Of a stretch of DNA of 12,188 nucleotides, positions 1-7,686 are shown one piece after another. How positions within the stretch are numbered: position 1 is the first letter of the stretch; the number at the start of each line of letters is the position of its first letter. The position numbers were made by a program, and so were the translations under genes. The DNA comes from Bdellovibrionota bacterium (GTDB lineage: Bacteria; Bdellovibrionota_C; UBA2361). Location: NCBI GenBank assembly GCA_044352465.1, contig JBILDU010000087.1, forward strand, positions 1 to 12,188. Direction: 5' to 3'. A model generated the notes under the pieces. It saw nothing but the letters and a program-made list of their open reading frames with translations. It was not told the DNA's origin and ran no database searches.

Positions 1-838
1 GCAACTCACGGAGGGTGCGGATCGCCCCCGCATAGTTCGCTCCCGATGAGGGTCCCGCTGGGATTCCACACCGGCGGATGAGGGTGAGCATACCGTCGAT
101 AGCGTCGGCGGAGCTCACGGCGACGAGGTCGTGGTAAGCCGCGCGGTGAAAGACCCCATTCTCCCACAGCTCAGCAGCGCTCCGGATACCCGGGATATTG
201 TCGTGAGCGTGCGTGGTGAGGCCGATGAGTTTTAAGTCTGGGTTGTGCTCTCGTAAAGTCGTGGCGGTGCCGCCTGAACTACCCGCGGTACCGACACCGG
301 CGATTAGGTAGTCGACCCGGGGGAGGTCACGGGCGATCTCAGCCCCGGTGGAGCGGGCGTGCTCCGCCGGGTTCGCGGGGTTGGTGAATTGGGAGGTGAA
401 AAAGAGCTGCTCCCCGCTCGCTGCAGCGCGCCGCTCGAGCTCGTATTGGGGGTCGTTTGGGTCGTTCGGGTCGAAACAATCGCTCGCCTGGGGAACTTCC
501 TCAACGGTAGCGCCCATGAGTTTCAATACATCTCTCTGCTCCGGCACGCGGGCGAGACCGCTCACGAGGGAGAACGGAATGCCCTCGCTCGCACACAGCG
601 CTTGGAGTGCTTTGGCTGTGTTCCCGCTTGAATTTTCAACAACGCCGGCGCCGACTCGTTTGAGTCGCTCGCGGTGCGGCGTCAACATGGCGTGGGCGAT
701 GCGGTCTTTGATAGAGCCGAACGGATTTAACAGCTCAAGTTTAGCGTAGAGTTGGACCCCGTCGCACCGGTGCACTGCGGCTGGAATCTCGATGAGGGGG
801 GTGTTTCCGATTATGTCGGCGAGAGAGGAGATAATCAT
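1..838 (-). CDS. Cysteine synthase-like PLP (fold-type II) enzyme, copy A; 3' end lies outside the window
   Basis: Absent from the ORF track; translated by hand from the ATG at 838: MIISSLADIIGNTPLIEIP...LYAKLELLNPFGSIKDRIA (PLP Lys)...ENSSGNTAKAL...FTSQFTNPAN...GVGTAGS...IPGIR...GPSSGA. The frame stays open to base 1. The start overlaps the upstream stop (ATGA, 835-838). Paralog of 4318..5700. Confidence 0.93.
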   Translation of the reverse strand, partial: MIISSLADIIGNTPLIEIPAAVHRCDGVQLYAKLELLNPFGSIKDRIAHAMLTPHRERLKRVGAGVVENSSGNTAKALQALCASEGIPFSLVSGLARVPEQRDVLKLMGATVEEVPQASDCFDPNDPNDPQYELERRAAASGEQLFFTSQFTNPANPAEHARSTGAEIARDLPRVDYLIAGVGTAGSSGGTATTLREHNPDLKLIGLTTHAHDNIPGIRSAAELWENGVFHRAAYHDLVAVSSADAIDGMLTLIRRCGIPAGPSSGANYAGAIRTLREL

Positions 839-2340
839 CGTAGCCTCCATGCGTGGGGGCGGTACTCGGGATCAAGCGCCCAGTCGAACACGTCCGCCCT
901 CTCAGTGACCGCGACTTTGCGGGCGACCGGTTGGTGAAGGGTGGATGATTCGGCGAAATCCATCATGTACGCCGCCGTGTTGATAAACGCGAGGATATCC
1001 CCCGATTCGATCGGGGTTGAGAAGTAGACCTTCCGCGGGCTTAAAAGCTCGTTGGCGACGCACAGGTTGCCGACGAGGAAGTATCCCCTCGGTTGCTGCT
1101 GACGTTCCGCTGAGGTGGGCAGCGCGATTGGATCGGTAAGTAGGGTAAGCTCGTGAGCGTTGAGATTAGAGCGGTTCATGGCGAGGCGGAGGAGGGGCTC
1201 GCCTCGCTCGGACGAGCGCACCGTGGTGACCGTGGCGAGGGTGAGCCCCGCTTGGTCGAGCAGCGCTCGTCCCGGTTCGATCCATACCTCGACGAGCGAC
1301 TCGCTGAGGAGCCTGCCGGCCGTTATCCCGTTGAAGCGGGGGAGGGGGGATTTAAGGAGGCTACACAGTTGGTCAGCCGGAGGCAGCTCCTCGGCGTGGT
1401 TCATGAAGCGGGGTTGTCCCTTTATCGTCGCGCCATCGACGTGAAACCCAAGCCCCGAACGGTTCCACGTATGGAGCGGCCCGTTACTGCGGAGAGAGTC
1501 CTTTAGAGCGAGGAGGAACCGGGCCCATTCGGCGGTGTCCTCGGCGTACCGGACCCGGAATCCACCGCCGAGATTGACAATGCGAGGACTATGACCGTGA
1601 CGGCGCGCCTCAAACAGGAGATGCAGTGATTCCTCGAGAGCTACCGCGCGATACTCGATGGAGTCGGTATTTAGATGAAAGGCAAAGCCGAGGAGTTCGA
1701 TCTCGTTTTTCATCGCATCGAGGCGATTCCACAACGCCGGGATGTCAGTTGGAGTTACTCCAAAGGTCCCGTCGCTGACGGCGAGGGAGCGCTGGGGGGC
1801 GAACCCGCTGAGTCGGATGAGGATACGGCTTGCGCCGCGGATACCGAGGGAGCGGCGGAGCGAGCGGATATCTTCGAGCTCAGTAAGGGAGTCGACGTTC
1901 ACGATTATGTCATGAAGGAGTGCCAAGCTCAGATACGTCTCATCCTTCGGCCCTGTGGCCTCGAGACGGTGGGAGGGGATTCCTGCGGAGAGAGCCGCCG
2001 CGAGCGAGCCGGCGGACGACACATCGACCCCGAGGTCTGTCGCGGCCACCTCGCGCAGAATCGCGGTGGAGCGGTTCGGCTTCGTTGTAAAAAAAATCCG
2101 TCCATCGATACCGTAGTGTTCGAATGTCTCCTGGAGGCTCGCCGCGTTTCGAATAACTTCGGTGGGAAAGATTAGATTGAGGGGGGAGCCGAGCGAACTT
2201 ACAAGCTGGTGCGCGGTCTTGGGGGCAGCGATGAGTTTTTGCGCCATCATGCCTAAGCGCGGGGCGAGGCCGGGGTACCCGGGCCCGAAAGATGTCCCGA
2301 CCGGCGCAGCTGGGGAGGATGTGGAACACATGTTTTCCAT
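835..2340 (-). CDS. Fold-type III PLP-dependent decarboxylase-like protein (Y4yA/LysA/Orn-DAP-Arg family), copy A
   Basis: 501 aa. Motifs FTTKPN (PLP Lys), FAFHL, VNLGGGF, IEPGRAL, GNLC (catalytic Cys position) and FINTAAY. The start could instead be the second ATG at 2331. Confidence 0.9.
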   Translation of the reverse strand: MENMCSTSSPAAPVGTSFGPGYPGLAPRLGMMAQKLIAAPKTAHQLVSSLGSPLNLIFPTEVIRNAASLQETFEHYGIDGRIFFTTKPNRSTAILREVAATDLGVDVSSAGSLAAALSAGIPSHRLEATGPKDETYLSLALLHDIIVNVDSLTELEDIRSLRRSLGIRGASRILIRLSGFAPQRSLAVSDGTFGVTPTDIPALWNRLDAMKNEIELLGFAFHLNTDSIEYRAVALEESLHLLFEARRHGHSPRIVNLGGGFRVRYAEDTAEWARFLLALKDSLRSNGPLHTWNRSGLGFHVDGATIKGQPRFMNHAEELPPADQLCSLLKSPLPRFNGITAGRLLSESLVEVWIEPGRALLDQAGLTLATVTTVRSSERGEPLLRLAMNRSNLNAHELTLLTDPIALPTSAERQQQPRGYFLVGNLCVANELLSPRKVYFSTPIESGDILAFINTAAYMMDFAESSTLHQPVARKVAVTERADVFDWALDPEYRPHAWRLR

Positions 2341-2352
2341 AAAACTTGTCGG

Positions 2353-2391
2353 ACTCTATCGTATTAAGCTCAGTAGTGCAACTTGGTTGCG
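2353..2391 (-). promoter_or_regulatory. Predicted sigma70 promoter (TTGCAC-N17-TAGAGT) overlapped by one GCAAC-N3-GTTGC operator
   Basis: On the minus strand the -35 is at 2376-2381 and the -10 at 2353-2358, with a 17-bp spacer. The palindromic box TGCAAC-ttg-GTTGCg at 2377-2391 matches the boxes at 4080-4116. Confidence 0.65.
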
Positions 2392-2835
2392 TTATGAGTG
2401 GTGGCAGCGTGGGCACCGTCCGAGCACGGCATGGGTGCTTCGCTCAACGAGATATCCGGGGGGGGTGGGTAGAGTGACCACCGGAGTCTTAGGCCCAAAG
2501 TCCGTCACTCCGCGACACATGATGCAGATAAAAAAGCTGCGGTGAGCGGAGTTGGTCGTAAGGTAATAGTGGGCTTCCCCACACACACCACCGATCGTTC
2601 CGACGAGCCCGTGAGCTGCAAGCTCGTTTAAAAAACGGTATACGGTCGAGCGGTTCACTCGGGGAGCGATCCGCATCGTAGCTCTCAGTATCTGTAGAGC
2701 CGTCAGCGGGGTCGGGGTGGTTTGTAAGAGTTCGAAGATGTAGCGCCTTTGGCGGCTACCTCGCCCAAAAAGGATAGCACCACCGGCGATCTGTTTCACA
2801 CCGGTGCAGCGCATCTGTCTCTCACGTTCCACCAC
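2392..2835 (-). CDS. Fur-family transcriptional regulator (Zur/PerR/Fur-like), atypical
   Basis: 147 aa. QRRYIFELL, winged-helix RSTVYRFLNEL..GLV, and two CxxC motifs (CIMC, GRCPRC). The GTG start is preceded by a GGAGG Shine-Dalgarno just after the upstream stop. Confidence 0.85.
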   Translation of the reverse strand: MVERERQMRCTGVKQIAGGAILFGRGSRQRRYIFELLQTTPTPLTALQILRATMRIAPRVNRSTVYRFLNELAAHGLVGTIGGVCGEAHYYLTTNSAHRSFFICIMCRGVTDFGPKTPVVTLPTPPGYLVERSTHAVLGRCPRCHHS

Positions 2836-2847
2836 GTCGTCCCTCCC

Positions 2848-4056
2848 CTACGCCCCGACGTGGGGCGTGTCCTCACCATCAAGCGCTACGGTCCAAACGG
2901 GAAACGGGTCCTCGAAATCTCGCCACGCCGCAGCGCCTGCGGCGAGTTCGAGGTCGGTCAGGAGACACCGATCGAGCATCGCGGTGAGCGCAGGTCGATC
3001 CATCTCTACCCCGATAAGGACGATCTCTTGCTTTCCCGGAACGGCGTTTTTAGCTGAAGTGAGGACCTCTTGCTCCGTACCGATTTGAGCCCAGAATCCC
3101 GCCGGCTCGGTGCGGCACGCCGCGCCAGCCTGTGACCATAATCCGGCGATCTCGGGGCGTGAGGCGAGCCAAAAGAAGCCCTTTGAGCGTACGACCCCAG
3201 GCCACTCAGACTTGATACACTCTGAGAATCGGGCAGGATGAAAGGGGCGATCGCGGCGATACACGAAGCTCGAAATGCCGTACTCCTCCGTCTCGGGGGT
3301 GTGTCCTCCAGCGAGCTCTTTGGCCCACCCGGCGCTCTGGGCGGCAACCTCAAACGAGAAACGTCGCGTGTTGAGTACCGTACCGAGATCAAGTTTGCTG
3401 AAGCGGGTGTGGACGATCCGCGCTCCGGGATTGAGCTTACGGATGATTCCCTCGATAAGTCGTAGCTTCTGCGGATCAACGAGATCGAGCTTGTTCAGCA
3501 CAACCACGTCCGCGAATTCGATCTGGTCGACCAAAAGGTCAACGATGGTGCGGTCATCGCTTTCATCGGCGGAGAGTCCCCGATCGAGTAGGTTTTCGGC
3601 TGATTCAAGATGGCTCAGAAAATTTGCGCCATCGACGACCGTCACCATCGTATCGAGTCGGGTAAGGGATGCTAAGGTGTTCCCGTCCTCGTCCTCGTAA
3701 GCGAAGCTTGCTGCTACCGGCATCGGTTCACCGATCCCGGTCGATTCGATGAGGAGGTAATCGTACCGTTTGGCCTCGGCGAGCTCCCGCACCTGTTCGA
3801 TGAGGTCTTCACGGAGGGTACAACAGATACACCCGTTCGACATCTCAACGAGCTTCTCTTCGGTGCGATCGAGCCGCGCCTCACCGTTTTTAACGAGCTC
3901 CGCATCGATATTCACTTCACTCATATCGTTGACGATGACGGCGACTTTGAGCCCTTCTCGATTAGAGAGAACGTGGTTCAAGAGAGTCGTTTTCCCGGCG
4001 CCGAGGAAGCCCGAGAGAACGGTGACGGGAAGTCGATTGAGAGTTTGTTTTTCCAT
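2848..4056 (-). CDS. COG0523/CobW-family metallochaperone GTPase, ZigA/YciC-like
   Basis: GFLGAGKTT (Walker A), [25 protein letters not shown] (CxCC), [27 protein letters not shown] and [12 protein letters not shown]. Start moved to ATG 4056 because the ORF-track start (4098) lies inside the operator palindrome and family similarity begins at LPVTVLSG. Confidence 0.95.
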   Translation of the reverse strand: MEKQTLNRLPVTVLSGFLGAGKTTLLNHVLSNREGLKVAVIVNDMSEVNIDAELVKNGEARLDRTEEKLVEMSNGCICCTLREDLIEQVRELAEAKRYDYLLIESTGIGEPMPVAASFAYEDEDGNTLASLTRLDTMVTVVDGANFLSHLESAENLLDRGLSADESDDRTIVDLLVDQIEFADVVVLNKLDLVDPQKLRLIEGIIRKLNPGARIVHTRFSKLDLGTVLNTRRFSFEVAAQSAGWAKELAGGHTPETEEYGISSFVYRRDRPFHPARFSECIKSEWPGVVRSKGFFWLASRPEIAGLWSQAGAACRTEPAGFWAQIGTEQEVLTSAKNAVPGKQEIVLIGVEMDRPALTAMLDRCLLTDLELAAGAAAWRDFEDPFPVWTVALDGEDTPHVGA

Positions 4057-4066
4057 AATGGCGTTG

Positions 4067-4116
4067 GTTGTACCAAAAACGCAACTCAGTTGCAACATTG
4101 TTGCAACTGAGTTGCG
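4067..4116 (-). promoter_or_regulatory. Triple operator (37-bp palindrome) over a predicted promoter TTGCAA-N17-TACAAC; probable Zur/Fur-family site
   Basis: 4080-4116 reads cgcaactcagttgcaaca-t-tgttgcaactgagttgcg, with perfect 18-bp arms. It contains GCAAC-N3-GTTGC at 4081, 4092 and 4103. The -35 is at 4090-4095 and the -10 at 4067-4072, preceded by TGn. Confidence 0.75.
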
Positions 4117-4317
4117 AGTGGGTGCGGGCTCGCACTACGGATAGGCGCTACGCCGCGTAATTAGCGGCGCGCGTGGGCGACTCATGACAATCCACGTCGG
4201 AAAAGAAACGGTTGCCCCCCACAAAGAGGGGCTAGTCCACAGTGATTTGCGAGAAAGCGTCCAGTCTAGGTCATTCCCGTGTGCTCGAAGGTTTGGATGG
4301 GGCCTCGCGGGTTAGCT

Positions 4318-5700
4318 TCACTCGGCACGAGCTCCGGAACCTAAAAAACCACCAGGCACCGCTTGAGAGAGGGGCATTGTGGCCGCAGTCTCCCCGGTAG
4401 AGCACGCTACTCCTGAACGCCACGCAGTGAGGCCTCCTTCAAGGGAGTAGCCCTGACCACCGAGACGGCAAAGCTGAGCTGCCAGACGGCGCGATTGCTC
4501 TCCAACTGGGCATACGAATAGAACAACCCGCTCTGGGCCAGTAAACGGCGTTCGGGCATCGAGGAGTCGCTCTAAAGTTTCAGTCGGTATACTCACCGCA
4601 CCGGGGAACGATCCTGCTTCAAAGGCGATCGGGGAGCGAATATCGATCACAAGGGCCCCCTTTTTTCGAACCCAACTCTCAGCCTCCACGAAGGAGATCG
4701 AAGGGGCACGACGGATGTGCTCCTCTGTCAGTTTAAAGATAGAGAGGGGGCGAGGGCGTCCCCCGAACAGCTCAGGGCGCCGCTCCCGGATATAGGAGAG
4801 GTACCACTCGACTCGGTCACAGACTATCGTAACGGCTGTGGCCCGGCGATCGAGCTTTCCATCAATCGCACGTAGGTACTCGAGCGTCCCCGAGAAATGC
4901 GCTCCTGACGATGGACCACCCATGACACCACATTCGCGCAGGAGGCGGAGCATCCCGTCGATCGCCTGAGCTGAATCAACAGAGATGATCGTTTCGTACT
5001 GCGCAGGATCAAAGATCCCTGCTCCCATAAGTTGATCAACGGTCCGGATCCCGGGGATAAAGTCACCTTTGCCTGCAGTAATCCCAATAAGTCGTAACTG
5101 CGGATTTACCTCACGGAGTCGCTCAGCGATGCCGAGCGTCGAGCCAGCGGTCCCCAAACCCGAGCAAAAAAAATCAACCGATCCCAGGTCGCTGAGGATC
5201 TCCTCGGCTGTGGTCTCCCGGTGTGTTCGGGGATTCATGATGTTCGTGAACTGGCTCGTGAAATGAAGCCTCCCCTTTGAGCGGAGGACTTCTCGCTCAA
5301 TGAGATACTGTGGATCGTTGGGGTCGCTCGGGTCGTAACAGCTCAACGACCCCGCGACCTCTTCAAGCTCCACACCCAGGAGTTTAAGGATGTCCTTTGT
5401 CTCCTGCACCTTCACCATTGCACTCACGAGCTTAAACGGAATCCCCGCTCGTCGCGCGAGAACCGCAAGCGCCTTTGCGGTATTGCCGCTTGAGTTTTCG
5501 ATGAGCTTTCCGTCGGTTCTTCGGATCTCATCGACAACTCCCTTGAGCATGCCCCACGCGATTCGATCTTTCACACTGCCGAAGGGATTAAAAAACTCAA
5601 GCTTTGCGTAGAGGTCGATATTTTTAAGCCCGGTTACCGTTGGGTTAATCCGTAAGAGGGGGGTCCCTCCGATCGCCTCAGTGATGTCCTCAAGAATCAT
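4318..5700 (-). CDS. Cysteine synthase-like PLP enzyme fused to a C-terminal rhodanese domain, copy B
   Basis: 460 aa. IGGTPL, AKLEFFNPFGSVKDR, ENSSGNT, SQFTN, GLGTAGS, IPGIR and GPSSGA. The rhodanese part reads VIDIR...FPGAVSIP...FVCPVGEQS...SLEGGLTAW. ATGA overlap with the upstream gene at 5697-5700. Confidence 0.93.
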   Translation of the reverse strand: MILEDITEAIGGTPLLRINPTVTGLKNIDLYAKLEFFNPFGSVKDRIAWGMLKGVVDEIRRTDGKLIENSSGNTAKALAVLARRAGIPFKLVSAMVKVQETKDILKLLGVELEEVAGSLSCYDPSDPNDPQYLIEREVLRSKGRLHFTSQFTNIMNPRTHRETTAEEILSDLGSVDFFCSGLGTAGSTLGIAERLREVNPQLRLIGITAGKGDFIPGIRTVDQLMGAGIFDPAQYETIISVDSAQAIDGMLRLLRECGVMGGPSSGAHFSGTLEYLRAIDGKLDRRATAVTIVCDRVEWYLSYIRERRPELFGGRPRPLSIFKLTEEHIRRAPSISFVEAESWVRKKGALVIDIRSPIAFEAGSFPGAVSIPTETLERLLDARTPFTGPERVVLFVCPVGEQSRRLAAQLCRLGGQGYSLEGGLTAWRSGVACSTGETAATMPLSQAVPGGFLGSGARAE

Positions 5701-7220
5701 CGCTCACTCCGTATTCGCCGCACGAGCACAGGGTTTACCACATCGTCGTCGAGACTAATGAAGTCTCCCTGGCGCTCAAATGCTGCAACCTTTCGCGCCA
5801 CATGTTGATGGAGAATCTCCGACTCTGCAAAATCCATGTGGTATGCGGCGGTATTTATGAATGCAACGAGATCTCCTCTTCCGAGGCTGAATCCAGGATA
5901 GACTTTTTGATATTGAATGAGGTCGCTCGCGATACAGAGATTCCCAAAGATAAAGTAAGAAGCTGTTGATTTCTCGCGCGGTGAACGCGGGATAAAGACC
6001 GGCTGGGTAAGGAGCTTTTGCTCGCGACTCAGAAGATTCGTATGATTCATCGACACCATCAAGAGAGGTGTCCCCGCGGCTGATTCCTTGACCGCTACCA
6101 CCTCGGTAACGGTGAATCCCGCTTGATCGAGGAGTGCTCGACCCGGCTCCACCCTCAGTTCGAGCATCATATCGCGGACGAGCTCCCCCACTGGACAATG
6201 ATCAAAGTAGGGAGAACGGGTATCGAGAAACGCCCCGAATTCCTGCGCTCCGACCGCAGTCGGGTAGTGATCTCCAACCGTGAGATTTCCCACGACTCGC
6301 CCTTGCTCAAGTCTGAGCCCCAGTCCTGTTCCATCCCAGGTGATCGGTTCCACTTTCCCAAGCAGTGATGCCCGAAGATAGCTCTGAAAATTGAGCCATT
6401 CCTCGTTATGTTCGGCGTAACGAATTTTAAAGCCCCCTCCGATATTGAGGATGCGTGGACGTAACCCGAGTCGATATGCTCGTCGAATCGTGTCTAACGA
6501 ATTCTCAAACGCGACGAGGCGTTCCTCACGTTCCCCTCCGAGAAGATGAAAATGAGTGCCGAGAAATGTTGCGCGGTCCCCGAATCGGTCGAATCGCTCA
6601 AGCACCGTGTCAACATCGTCGAGACGAATTCCAAAGGGGGTATCCGATGACGGGAAACGAACACGTTCCGAGGTGAATCCACTGAGACGAAGGAGAAGTT
6701 GCGCCGGTGGAAGACTCGTATCGGAGCGAACCAAGTCCTCGATCATCTCCAGTTCCGAAATGCTATCGACACTGACCGTGACGCCGTGAGCAAGGGCCAG
6801 ATATGCGTAGTCGAGATTCTTCGGTCCCGAGGCTTGAATGCGGTGGCCTGGCACTCCCTGGGAGAGAGTGTGCCGAAGCGCACCGGCCGACGAAACATCG
6901 ACCGGCGCACCGCTCTCTGCTAAAGCGGCGAGTATCGCTGACGAGCGATTAGGTTTGCTCGTGTAGAGTACCTGTCCGGCGATGCCTCGACTCGAGAGCT
7001 CAGCTGAGAAGCTCGCCCGGTTTTGAAGGACGACCTCGGGAAAGACCACGTTTACGAGCCCACCCTTTGCGGTGACGAGATCGAGGAGCGGTCGTGTGGC
7101 TGCGAGGTATCGAGCCGTCGTCTCGCCGATACGGGGAGTGATGGCCGCAATTTTTCGACATCCGCATGTCCCGCAACACACACTTGTCTCGGGGGTCTCG
7201 TTCGGCATTAAACGTTCCAA
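5697..7220 (-). CDS. Fold-type III PLP-dependent decarboxylase-like protein (Y4yA-like), copy B
   Basis: 507 aa. YTSKPN, THFHL, LNIGGGF, VEPGRAL, GNLC and FINTAAY; colinear with 835..2340. Start is TTG 7220 or ATG 7208. Confidence 0.9.
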   Translation of the reverse strand: MERLMPNETPETSVCCGTCGCRKIAAITPRIGETTARYLAATRPLLDLVTAKGGLVNVVFPEVVLQNRASFSAELSSRGIAGQVLYTSKPNRSSAILAALAESGAPVDVSSAGALRHTLSQGVPGHRIQASGPKNLDYAYLALAHGVTVSVDSISELEMIEDLVRSDTSLPPAQLLLRLSGFTSERVRFPSSDTPFGIRLDDVDTVLERFDRFGDRATFLGTHFHLLGGEREERLVAFENSLDTIRRAYRLGLRPRILNIGGGFKIRYAEHNEEWLNFQSYLRASLLGKVEPITWDGTGLGLRLEQGRVVGNLTVGDHYPTAVGAQEFGAFLDTRSPYFDHCPVGELVRDMMLELRVEPGRALLDQAGFTVTEVVAVKESAAGTPLLMVSMNHTNLLSREQKLLTQPVFIPRSPREKSTASYFIFGNLCIASDLIQYQKVYPGFSLGRGDLVAFINTAAYHMDFAESEILHQHVARKVAAFERQGDFISLDDDVVNPVLVRRIRSER

Positions 7221-7292
7221 AAATGGAGGTCCTTCCGGGGGGTGAAGAAACCTAAAAGAGAAAAGCCTGTGTATATCCCCCGCAGGCCCGAA

Positions 7293-7616
7293 TCATCCGC
7301 CGCAGCAAGACCGCTTGGTCGAACTGCTTGAATTATTCGTGGTGTCTGACGAGCCGAGGCGTGCACGGATGAGCGTGAGCGCCTTGGTCCCGTTGCCTTG
7401 GTCTGCTGGGAGTGCGAGGAGCTCTTTCAAGAGTTCCTCACGCTTCTTCGCGACCCGATCGAGGAGGAGAAGGGGACCAGTCGCACCACTCCCGGGGTTC
7501 TGAGCGAACCAGTCGAGAAAGGCGGGACGGAACTCATGACCAGCGAGAGCCGTGATCACAAGCCCTTCCTCCATCGTGACGCCCGGTGCACACAAGGCAT
7601 CATGGAAGATACACAT
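7293..7616 (-). CDS. Hypothetical 107-aa protein with N-terminal CxxHxxxC and C-terminal SCCGG
   Basis: Perfect AGGAGG (7623-7628) 6 nt before ATG 7616. This is the C-terminal part of the 200-aa track ORF; this start avoids overlap with the upstream membrane-protein gene. Confidence 0.7.
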   Translation of the reverse strand: MCIFHDALCAPGVTMEEGLVITALAGHEFRPAFLDWFAQNPGSGATGPLLLLDRVAKKREELLKELLALPADQGNGTKALTLIRARLGSSDTTNNSSSSTKRSCCGG

Positions 7617-7686
7617 CGAAAACCTCCTAGTTGTAACCTTCGCTCCCCGGAAGGAGCGATTTTCGAGATCGTTTGAAGGCACGATC

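Noticed and set aside
4057..4098. N-terminal extension [14 protein letters not shown] of the COG0523 ORF
   Set aside because: It falls within the operator palindrome and predicted promoter; ATG 4056 fits the family better.
4122..4232. Short hairpins (gtgcg/cgcac, cgccgc/gcggcg, gcccc/ggggc) as a terminator or riboswitch
   Set aside because: Stems are only 5-6 bp with no directly adjacent U-tract, and I recognised no cobalamin or other riboswitch motif.
348..7211. Numerous plus-strand and alternative-frame ORFs in the track (e.g. 348..749, 1675..2175, 3275..3700, 1940..2416)
   Set aside because: They overlap well-supported minus-strand genes and show no recognisable motifs; typical shadow ORFs of GC-rich DNA.
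835..7220. Assigning lysA, cysK/cysM or sbnA/sbnH gene names
   Set aside because: The proteins carry non-canonical motifs and insertions, and the sbn partner genes are not in the window; only family-level calls are justified.
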